Below are positions 56,254 to 64,000 of a stretch of 64,000 nucleotides of DNA, piece by piece (position 1 is the first letter of the stretch; each line of letters opens with the position of its first letter). The stretch comes from an uncultured Verrucomicrobiae bacterium (lineage in GTDB: Bacteria; Verrucomicrobiota; Verrucomicrobiia; Limisphaerales; Palsa-1400), in NCBI GenBank assembly GCA_963764165.1, contig CAVXRD010000001.1, forward strand, positions 1,280,001-1,344,000, in the 5' to 3' direction. A model generated the notes under the pieces. The model was not told the origin of the DNA, searched no databases, and was given only the letters and a program-made list of their open reading frames with translations. The translations under genes and the position numbers were made by a program.

Positions 56254-58707
56254 ATGCGTGGTCGTTCACATTGGAATCTGCTGGTCGGCATAAGCTGCTT
56301 ATGGCTTTTTCTGGCTGCGCCACAGGTGTCGCGCTCCCAATCGTTCACCAACTCCGCCACTCTGGCGGCTTCGACGGATGGGACGAATTTGATCATCAAC
56401 TACTCCCTAGCTGCGGCGCAGGGATGGGTGACGCTCTTTTCGGCCTCCACGCCGCAAATGCTTCTCACCAACGCCAAACCGGTGTGCTTGGCCGCTGCGA
56501 CCCCTTCGCTTACCGGGCGGTTCACGGTTCCCATTCATTCAAACGCGCCTGTGCAATTTTATCGGCTCCTTCTCGAGCAATGGCCCACACGCGGGCAGGT
56601 GCTCGTCTTCACAAACGGCCCTATTGACTTTGCCGCCATGCTGGCAACGTATGGCAGTATCACGAACAGTTCTCAGCCGTTTTTTGAAGGCAATGATGGT
56701 GATATAGAACCGACGAATTCCATCCCGATGATTTATACTCAACCGGTGGCCGTCTGGATTGACAACCTCGGAACCTATAATACAAACGGCGCGTTAGTCG
56801 GTCCGAATGAAGGACTTTTGATTGGGAAATACGCGCAAACCTCGCTTGACACATTCAGCGATTGCGATTCCGATGCCTGTCCGGTCGCTCCCCTGTATTC
56901 GGCGAGTAACGATTTCCGCGTTCTTTACATGGGCGATTCAAACGTGACTGCAAGAGAAGGAGTTCTCTGGAGTTCTCAAGCGCAACTTTATTGCGACATC
57001 AATCGGTACCGCGAGCAATTCCTGAACGACGCCTTTATTGACAAATTGCAGTTGACGCCACAGATCGCAGCTAACTTAAAATACCTTCAATACCGACCGG
57101 ACTTGATTAATCCATTTGATCTAGATCCCGACATTTATGCCGAGCCAACTATGGAAATGTACGAGTTTTCTTTGCCAGATGGCATTCAGCTTTTCCCTGC
57201 CGAGAATATCGAAAGCGTCATCGTCAGAACCCGTGGCCCATTCAATAACGACGCATCTCTCCCACCGATTTCAGTTGCTTATGATTCAGGGGCCACCGTG
57301 GGGAATTATGCAACGCTGGCGGCGAATTGGATTCTCGGCACAAACACGGGAACTCCTTCAGATGCGTTTTACGGCTCAGCCGAACCGGGCGCGAATTGGG
57401 AGAACGATGTCCTTTCCCCTTTCGTCAACGGCCTATCTGCTTGGGTTGCCTATCGTCTCACCGGAACGAATGAGGTGTATACCCAACTTTCGTACATGCT
57501 CCGTATCTGGAATGGCTCGGCCTGCGGCGGGACCTGGATTCCCTGCGACAGAGGCCAAAACATCAGCAATGTAATGATGTTCAACGCCGCAGAAACGGAC
57601 GCGGAAGGCGTCTTTCCCTTCACAGTGGCGGAAAATGTGACCTCTTACGACGGCCCTGTAGCCTCCGATCTTGCGGCTCTTTACTTCGGGGCCATTTTTT
57701 ATGATATTGCCAATGAATCTGGATTGGGCTTGTACAAAACCGACTTGTTAATCTGGAAGACGCTCTCCCTTGTCACGAATGATCCGAACAGTTTGAGCAT
57801 GGTTCAGTTTGGGGCCTACGTGCAGCAAGCGGCCCGCCTGCTTTGGCCCGACCTGCGCGAAGCCTATTCCGGTATGAGCCTTTACGAAAATGACCTCGTT
57901 GACGTCCTTGCCTCACGCGGGATTCCTATGAATGGGGTCTCCGATTTTCAGTCCAATTTACCGCCTTATATCGGCTCATATCCGGATACGCTGGAATACG
58001 ACGGTCCCGGATTCGGTTCTAAGCATCCTGACATCCAAGCTCAAGTGAATGCCTACGGCGTTTATCAAGTCAATTACAACACTTTCACTTATTCAAACCC
58101 CGCGTCCTACGTCGCCTACCAGATCTATAAACACTCGAAGTATGGACCCTGCGATGAAGTCGCCATAACTGACGGAACCTTCACCATCAACCAGAACCCA
58201 CCTTTCAATTGGTCCTATAATTACGACGGCACATTTTACACCGAGCTCTCGAATCGATTCGGAAATTTGATTCTTTTTCTCCCAGGTACGGAGGTAAATT
58301 TTTTACGGAGCCGCCAGCGCTGCCCCGATGAGGCAACGGGTTCTTATGCCGAGGATGTGCAACCTTTTGGTTTTATTGTCACCCAAGCCATACCGAATGG
58401 ATTTTCTTTCACTGTCTCCGCCCTGTCCTCAAACAGTGTTTTCAAAACCTATCAACTGACGATTGTTGATCCCTCCACTAACACCCTGGGCGCCGCGAGT
58501 TACGCCTGGGCGTTCACGGATTACATGGGAAACATAGCCACCGTCTCCGGAAGCAGCGTCGAATACGACGCCAACATTGACGAGCCTTTCACCCTCAGCA
58601 TTACCCGCACGCGCGGGAGCCAGAGCGACACGATTACCATGAGGGAGCGCGGCAATGACCTCGACCGTGCCGGGGGCAATGCTTTCGTCAGGAACCTGGT
58701 GCCATAA
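56254..58707 (+). CDS. Secreted hypothetical protein: N-terminal FYR module, degenerate M4/M36-like metallopeptidase region, possible CUB/PKD-like C-terminus
   Basis: Signal MRGRSHWNLLVGISCLWLFLAA; PVQFYRLL near the N-terminus; GAIFYDIA...TDLLIW...AARLLW...LASRGI. The upstream extension of the ORF is MITE sequence. Confidence 0.75.
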   Translation: MRGRSHWNLLVGISCLWLFLAAPQVSRSQSFTNSATLAASTDGTNLIINYSLAAAQGWVTLFSASTPQMLLTNAKPVCLAAATPSLTGRFTVPIHSNAPVQFYRLLLEQWPTRGQVLVFTNGPIDFAAMLATYGSITNSSQPFFEGNDGDIEPTNSIPMIYTQPVAVWIDNLGTYNTNGALVGPNEGLLIGKYAQTSLDTFSDCDSDACPVAPLYSASNDFRVLYMGDSNVTAREGVLWSSQAQLYCDINRYREQFLNDAFIDKLQLTPQIAANLKYLQYRPDLINPFDLDPDIYAEPTMEMYEFSLPDGIQLFPAENIESVIVRTRGPFNNDASLPPISVAYDSGATVGNYATLAANWILGTNTGTPSDAFYGSAEPGANWENDVLSPFVNGLSAWVAYRLTGTNEVYTQLSYMLRIWNGSACGGTWIPCDRGQNISNVMMFNAAETDAEGVFPFTVAENVTSYDGPVASDLAALYFGAIFYDIANESGLGLYKTDLLIWKTLSLVTNDPNSLSMVQFGAYVQQAARLLWPDLREAYSGMSLYENDLVDVLASRGIPMNGVSDFQSNLPPYIGSYPDTLEYDGPGFGSKHPDIQAQVNAYGVYQVNYNTFTYSNPASYVAYQIYKHSKYGPCDEVAITDGTFTINQNPPFNWSYNYDGTFYTELSNRFGNLILFLPGTEVNFLRSRQRCPDEATGSYAEDVQPFGFIVTQAIPNGFSFTVSALSSNSVFKTYQLTIVDPSTNTLGAASYAWAFTDYMGNIATVSGSSVEYDANIDEPFTLSITRTRGSQSDTITMRERGNDLDRAGGNAFVRNLVP

Positions 58708-58791
58708 AAGCGGCGCGGCGGGCGGCGCCAGCCAAACGATTGGTGAGAAGTGCCAATGAACTAACTAAAGCGCCGGAGTGCGTCTGCGGAA

Positions 58792-59052
58792 GATGCCGGA
58801 GGCATCACAGCTTGCAGCCGGTGGTTGAGCGAAGCAACACCACCGGACACAACGATAATAATGACTCATCCCGGCAGGGATGACAGCGATGGGGTGCTGA
58901 TGCGGCAGCCCATTTGACGAAACGGCGTGCCAAGTCCGCATTTCCGATGAGGCTGGCATCCCTCCGGGATGCAGGAGGATTTTTGGGGCGTTTTTCCGGT
59001 GGTGTCGCTTCGCTCAACCACCGGCTACAAGCTCGCATCCCTGCCGGGATGC
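58792..59052. repeat. Inverted pair of REP-like elements (copies 2 and 3) between convergent genes
   Basis: CCGGTGGTTGAGCGAAGCAACACCACCGG near 58818 and its reverse complement near 58996, each with flanking CATCCC...GGGATG hairpins. Confidence 0.8.
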
Positions 59053-59072
59053 TAACAATTGAGTCCTGAAAT

Positions 59073-62000
59073 CTATCGCCCCAAATCAATCGTCAGCTTC
59101 ACTGCCGCGCCACGCTCGGGCAGGCTTTCCCATTCGATCATCCCGGCGATGCTCTCAATTCTCTTGCGCATGTTGGGCAGCCCGTTTCTGAGAGCAGACG
59201 ATTCCGCACAGTTAGTCGCCGAATCCTGCGCAAAGCCCTTCCCGTTGTCGCGAATCATCAGGATGAGCTTGCCGCGCTCGATCGCAATTTGAATCATGAC
59301 CTCCGTGGCGGCGGCGTGTTTGACAATGTTATTCAGCGCCTCTTTGACGGTTAGAAACAAATTATGCCGCACCTCGGCTGTCAAAAGAATTTCTGGCAGG
59401 AATTCCGGAACTTCCAACCGGCACGCGATCTTGGCAGTCTTCAAATACTCTTCGGCGAAGTTGCAGGTGTAAGTCACAAACTTCTCGAGGCTGTCGTTCG
59501 TTGGATTGACCGCCCAGACCACTTCATCCATGCGGCGCGTCAAGCTGCGCGCCTTGGCGGTGATCTTCTGCATGTCGGCCAGCACTTGAGCCGGTGAAGC
59601 GGACGGTTCCTGCGCAAATTCGCTCAGCAGCGCAATCTCCGTCAGGTTGGCTCCCAAGTCGTCGTGAATGTCACGCGCGATGCGCGAGCGCTCCCTTTCC
59701 ACGGCACGTTCGCGCTCGGCCTGCTCCAAACGCCTGCGAACACGGCGGCGTTCGGAATAGCGCACGGTCGAGAGAATGGCGGCAAGCCCGCCTGCCGTAG
59801 TCAATCCTAGAAACCACTTGGTCTCCCAGAAGTACGGGGCGGCCGCAATTTCAATCGTCGCCCCGGTATTGTTCCACACCCCATCTTCATTGCAGGCGAT
59901 GACGTGGAATTGATAATTTCCGGGAGGAATGCGGCTGTAGACGGCGGTGCGTTTTGTTCCTGCGTCTTCCCAATCTTTGTCCAGATTTTCCAAACGATAC
60001 TTGAATCGAACCCCATAAGGCGCAGCGAAGCTCAGAGCTGTATATTGAAATTCAACCCGGCGGTTGCCAGGCGCGAGAGTTATAATGCGCGGCAGCGTAA
60101 GCGTCGGCGTGGCATATCCGCTCGGCTGCGAATCCGCAGGCGTGTTTGTCAGGACGTCTTCGATCACGACGGTGGGTGGAAGCGTATTCCAGCCCACCGT
60201 TGCCGGATCCACCACGACCACTCCCTTCGTCGTGGGGAACCAAAGCCGGCCGTCGGGAGACTTGTAGCTCGAAGGTTGAAATCCACCCTGGCATTCAACG
60301 CTGGGAAGACCATCCTCCAAGGTGAAGGCGGCGCAACGCAGCGGTTCAACGCTGCCGGAGCCCGCCAACTCTTTCTTGCTGACTCTGAATACTCCACCGT
60401 AGGACCCGAGCCACAGATTCCCCAAGCTGTCGTCTTGAATCTGGCAAATCACATTATTGAGCAATCCGTTCTTGGTCGACCAGGTTTTGAAGTGTCCATT
60501 TTGCCAGCGGCTCAATCCGCCCCGGCATGATCCAACCCACAGAGTTCCTTCTCCATCAACATAGAGGCACCAGATGGAATCGCTTTCCAGACCGTCTTTC
60601 CTGCCAAAGTGAGTGAACTTCCCGTCCCGCATTCGATACAACCCGTCCTCGCTGGTCCCCACCCACAAGTTGCCATCGTGATCTTCCACGATAGCCCGAA
60701 CGTCGAGCGTGGCGGAAGTTCCCGGAATCTCGACCACGGTTCGTTCCGAATTGTGGAGGCGCGTAATGCCGCCAAAAGCCTGCTGGCCAATCCACAAATT
60801 GCTCTTGGAATCCTCAAAGATTGCCAGCACTTGCCAGCCGATGGTCTGCCCATCTGACAGCCCGCTAAAACTGGCGCCATCCCACTTGTAAAGCCCGTCC
60901 CATGTGCCAGCCCAGACGGTTCCTCCGTGGTCTTGCACCACCGACCAAACATGCCCGTTTTTTAGTCCCTGGTTCGCGCCATAATGTTGAATTTCGCCGT
61001 TCCGGCAATGATCGAGTCCATCGCCATCGGTGCCAATCCAGACTCCGCCATCCTGCGCCCCCGCCACTGCCATCACTTGGTCGCTGGCCAATCCCTGCTT
61101 GCTTCCGAGCGTTTGAAATTTGGGGCGCTTCAAGCGGCACAGGCCACCTCCTTCCGTTCCGGCCCAAATATTCCCCTCTTTATCCTCCATCACGCAGCGA
61201 ACGAAATCGGTGGGCAACCCATTATGCGAAGTGACGTGAAGCATCTGGCCATTGGTTTCATACCGAAACAAACCGTCGCCCAGAATCGCAACCCAAAGGC
61301 GGTTTTCCGCATCCTCGTACAAATCGTAGATCGGACGATTGGTCCATGAATAACTGCCGAGGTCAGCGGTCCAACGGCCTTCGGCGAATTTCCGCAATTG
61401 ATTGTTGGCGGCGGCCCAAACTCCACCGGAGCGGCTGGAGGCCAGGAAATCCACTTGGAAACCGGCTTCGTTTGTCTGGCCCCACCTCGATTGAAACCGC
61501 CCATTCTGCAATACCGCCAGTTCGCTGGTGGTCCCGACCCAAATGCGGCCGCGATCATCGCAGGCCAGCGCGTGGACCGCGCGGCTCGACAGATTCCAAT
61601 CGTCCGAATCCACCTTGGACTGGCCGTTGAGGAATTTGATGAGCTGCCATTCGCACGAAACCTCCCACAAGGCGCCATCATGATCGCCGCAAAAATTGTG
61701 CGCGTATTCATGCGTGGTGCCGCGGCCGCGGGTTTCGAAGGCTGCGAATTGGCCGTCGCGAAGCCGCAAGAGCCCGCCGTGTTCCGTCCCCACCCAGAGC
61801 GTGCCGTCGTCGGTGCTCAGAAGCTGGACGATGCGGCTGTTTTTGATGGCCGGAGTGTTGTTCTCGTCGAAAACCTGAAATTTGACACCGTCAAAGCGAA
61901 CCAGCCCGTTTTGTGTTCCCAGCCACAGGAATCCATCGGACGATTGCGAGATGCAGGTTACAGTGCTCTGGGGCAAGCCATCCTCAACCCGCCACGTTTT

Positions 62001-62147
62001 TGATTGGAATTCGGAGAGTGGCGCTGATTCGCCCGCGCGCAAATCATCCGCCACCAGGAAGAGCAGCATGCAGGAGATCCATTGAATGAGAATCCGGTCT
62101 GCCCACCTTGGCGGCGAGCCGGATTTGGGGGAAAGCTGAATAAACAT
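59073..62147 (-). CDS. Sensor histidine kinase with beta-propeller (Reg_prop), Y_Y_Y, HisKA_3 and HATPase domains
   Basis: DGLPQSTV...QSSDGFLWLGT..GLVRFDG; YSRIPPGNYQFHVIACNEDGVW; RIARDIHDDLG; DNGKGF. Start uncertain. Confidence 0.93.
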   Translation of the reverse strand: MFIQLSPKSGSPPRWADRILIQWISCMLLFLVADDLRAGESAPLSEFQSKTWRVEDGLPQSTVTCISQSSDGFLWLGTQNGLVRFDGVKFQVFDENNTPAIKNSRIVQLLSTDDGTLWVGTEHGGLLRLRDGQFAAFETRGRGTTHEYAHNFCGDHDGALWEVSCEWQLIKFLNGQSKVDSDDWNLSSRAVHALACDDRGRIWVGTTSELAVLQNGRFQSRWGQTNEAGFQVDFLASSRSGGVWAAANNQLRKFAEGRWTADLGSYSWTNRPIYDLYEDAENRLWVAILGDGLFRYETNGQMLHVTSHNGLPTDFVRCVMEDKEGNIWAGTEGGGLCRLKRPKFQTLGSKQGLASDQVMAVAGAQDGGVWIGTDGDGLDHCRNGEIQHYGANQGLKNGHVWSVVQDHGGTVWAGTWDGLYKWDGASFSGLSDGQTIGWQVLAIFEDSKSNLWIGQQAFGGITRLHNSERTVVEIPGTSATLDVRAIVEDHDGNLWVGTSEDGLYRMRDGKFTHFGRKDGLESDSIWCLYVDGEGTLWVGSCRGGLSRWQNGHFKTWSTKNGLLNNVICQIQDDSLGNLWLGSYGGVFRVSKKELAGSGSVEPLRCAAFTLEDGLPSVECQGGFQPSSYKSPDGRLWFPTTKGVVVVDPATVGWNTLPPTVVIEDVLTNTPADSQPSGYATPTLTLPRIITLAPGNRRVEFQYTALSFAAPYGVRFKYRLENLDKDWEDAGTKRTAVYSRIPPGNYQFHVIACNEDGVWNNTGATIEIAAAPYFWETKWFLGLTTAGGLAAILSTVRYSERRRVRRRLEQAERERAVERERSRIARDIHDDLGANLTEIALLSEFAQEPSASPAQVLADMQKITAKARSLTRRMDEVVWAVNPTNDSLEKFVTYTCNFAEEYLKTAKIACRLEVPEFLPEILLTAEVRHNLFLTVKEALNNIVKHAAATEVMIQIAIERGKLILMIRDNGKGFAQDSATNCAESSALRNGLPNMRKRIESIAGMIEWESLPERGAAVKLTIDLGR

Positions 62148-62442
62148 TCTTGACACTTTGAGATTCAAGCCAGAGCGCGCGGCGCCGACCGTCCGCCCGA
62201 ATTCTAGGGCCTCAGTCCGGCGAATATCGACAATAAAATGCGCCATCCGCCTTGGCCCCTCTTCGTTATCTTCATAATACCACACAAGAGTGTAATTTCA
62301 ACCTTAATTGACAAAAGAGATTTTTCGGGCTTATGTTTCTCCCTGTCGCCGCCAGGGCGTGTTCTTTGACATTTTGCGGATTCCCTCGCCAGGGTATAGG
62401 GCAGCGGTGGTTTTTTAACGGGCTGTTCGGCAAGGCAGCTAA

Positions 62443-62705
62443 GGGCGCATCTCACTTTTTGGCAATCCCTTGCCGACGAAACGCGGTTTCCCTCGCCCTG
62501 CGAAGCGGGGAGAGGGTTAGGGAGAGGGGCGGTTAGGAAGCGACTTAAATCCATCGGCCTCAATGCGCATCGCCTCGCCTAGCATTAATGAGTTGCCCCT
62601 CTCTCCTTCTCTCTCCCCGCCAAGCGTGGCGGGGAGAGAGCGATCACTTGTCGCTCTGCGGAGCTTTTTGCAGAAGTCCGCCCTCACTAAAACTGAGATG
62701 CGCCC
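62443..62705. mobile_element. Complete 263-bp MITE with 17-bp terminal inverted repeats and a 9-bp target-site duplication
   Basis: TIR GGGCGCATCTCA(C/G)TTTT at both ends; GGCAGCTAA directly flanks it at 62434-62442 and 62706-62714; no transposase ORF. Confidence 0.9.
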
Positions 62706-63027
62706 GGCAGCTAAATAAGTCATGATCGGGCATTGCGCGCTATTGCACCCTATTGCACCCTTGGTTATTTGCGACTTGGCGGGTGCCCTCGCGGCCACTT
62801 AAATAGGGCCAACGCTTCCGCAGCGAAAATTTTGGGATGCCATACACTGCACCGTGTTTCATTGAATCGGCTCCAGCCGGAAGAAATGTAGCGGGTCTGT
62901 TGCGGGTCTGTAGCTATTTTTGTTGCGGGTTATCTGGTTGATAATCAACGATGTAGCGGGTGTAGCGGGTTTTTAGAGATTATAGCACATTCAATGCTGG
63001 AAGCACGGTGCCTTGCTCGGACTCTCC

Positions 63028-64000
63028 ATGCGGTCTTCATTCGCGTCCAAAAAAGCTCGACCTGTCCGGCTCCGAGGGATTCATTATGCTGAAATAAATA
63101 CGCCCCAACATCTTTCTGCGGAAAAAAGGATTCATGGCGCAACCCAAGGAGCGCGTCCGCTCGGGGCCACCTGTCTCTTCATGGCTTGCCTGATTTTGTG
63201 TGTGGCCGTTGGCAGAGCGCCTGGCGCGGTGGATTATATTTGGGTTGAAGGAGAGAAGCCGGTGACGCAGACGATGACCCGGCATCCCTGGTGGTATGAC
63301 AAGGTGAAGAAGTACCAGCTTTCAGGCGGCGATTTCATATCCAATTGGAACGAAAAGCAGGCGGGGGAGGCGGCTTATGCGGTGCAAGCGCCAGCGGACA
63401 AGGATTACGTCTTTTGGATTCGCGCCAATCCGGTCGGGACGAAACTTTCCTACAAACTCGACGGCGGGGAATGGGCGTTGATCGATATGAACGGGGCTCA
63501 AGACACGGTCAACATCGCCGACGATGGAATGATTGATTTGCGTTTTTTGGCGTGGGCCAGAGTGGGCAAAGTCAGGCTGGCGCACGGACCGCATCGCATC
63601 GCTTTTCGGATGGACAGCGAGAATAACCATCACGGGATGCTGGATTGTTTTGTTTTCGCGAATGATACCTTCACACCCAGCGGAACTCACAAGCCGGGGG
63701 AAGACGCCAAGATTGCAGATGCGGCCAGCGAAGGAACTTGGGCATTCCATCCGCCGCGCGATGAGTTTTCTCCCGACGCCCTGCTGGACCTGCGTTCGCT
63801 GAATGAACATATCGCCGGAGAAAATGGCTTCGTGGGGCGCTCGCCAGAGGGAAGCGATTTTGTGCTGGGCGATGGCAGGCCCGCGCGGTTTTGGGCCGTC
63901 AATGACGCGGCGTTTGGCACCGATCTCGCGCGTCACGCCCGCTTTCTAGCCAAGCGCGGCATCAACATGGTTCGTTTTCACTGCAACATCACCCCGACTG
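63028..64000 (+). CDS. Secreted glycoside hydrolase-like protein (clan GH-A-like barrel after a CBM-like domain), 3'-partial
   Basis: Frame open to the window end: ...CLILCVAVGRAPGA-VDYIWVEGE...LLDLRSLNE..AGENGFV...DG.PARFWAVN...LAKRGINMVRFH. Start is ATG 63028 or 63181. Absent from the ORF track because it has no stop in the window. Confidence 0.75.
   Translation, partial: MRSSFASKKARPVRLRGIHYAEINTPQHLSAEKRIHGATQGARPLGATCLFMACLILCVAVGRAPGAVDYIWVEGEKPVTQTMTRHPWWYDKVKKYQLSGGDFISNWNEKQAGEAAYAVQAPADKDYVFWIRANPVGTKLSYKLDGGEWALIDMNGAQDTVNIADDGMIDLRFLAWARVGKVRLAHGPHRIAFRMDSENNHHGMLDCFVFANDTFTPSGTHKPGEDAKIADAASEGTWAFHPPRDEFSPDALLDLRSLNEHIAGENGFVGRSPEGSDFVLGDGRPARFWAVNDAAFGTDLARHARFLAKRGINMVRFHCNITPT

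Noticed and set aside
63322..63936. 204-aa minus-strand ORF at the window end
   Set aside because: The plus-strand open frame (63028 to the end) has a signal peptide and hydrolase motifs and is the real gene.

Overview
GC-rich bacterial window, most likely Verrucomicrobiota subdivision 3 (Pedosphaera/Limisphaera-like). That assignment is inferred from the prepilin/H-X9-DG proteins, the Thr/Asn-rich secreted multidomain proteins ending in an 'S.NL..W...F(Y/F)R' module, and the beta-propeller/Y_Y_Y sensor kinases. From left to right it holds: a 5'-truncated giant secreted LamG/Ig/beta-propeller/PA14/diheme-cytochrome protein; two tandem Fn3 paralogues; several two-component systems; an RND efflux operon with an embedded RraA-family gene; the housekeeping block prs-rplY-pth-rpsF-ssb-rplI with adk-like, fmt and mdh nearby; a cobalamin riboswitch controlling a secreted protein plus a type-IV-pilin-like protein; and a minus-strand locus resembling a polysaccharide utilisation locus (sensor kinase, LuxR regulator, secreted binding protein, pilin-like protein, frameshifted GH114/GH166-like hydrolase, GH36-like hydrolase). 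That last locus is interrupted by a REP-flanked gene. A complete MITE with a 9-bp target duplication and several REP-like families are also present. The most interesting signal is a repeated layout: nutrient-specific regulator, secreted substrate-binding protein, then H-X9-DG pilin, with no TonB-dependent or ABC transporter in either locus. It occurs once for vitamin B12 and once for a probable galactosamine-containing polysaccharide, which suggests a pilus-coupled nutrient capture system. All family assignments come from motif recognition by eye; no searches were run.
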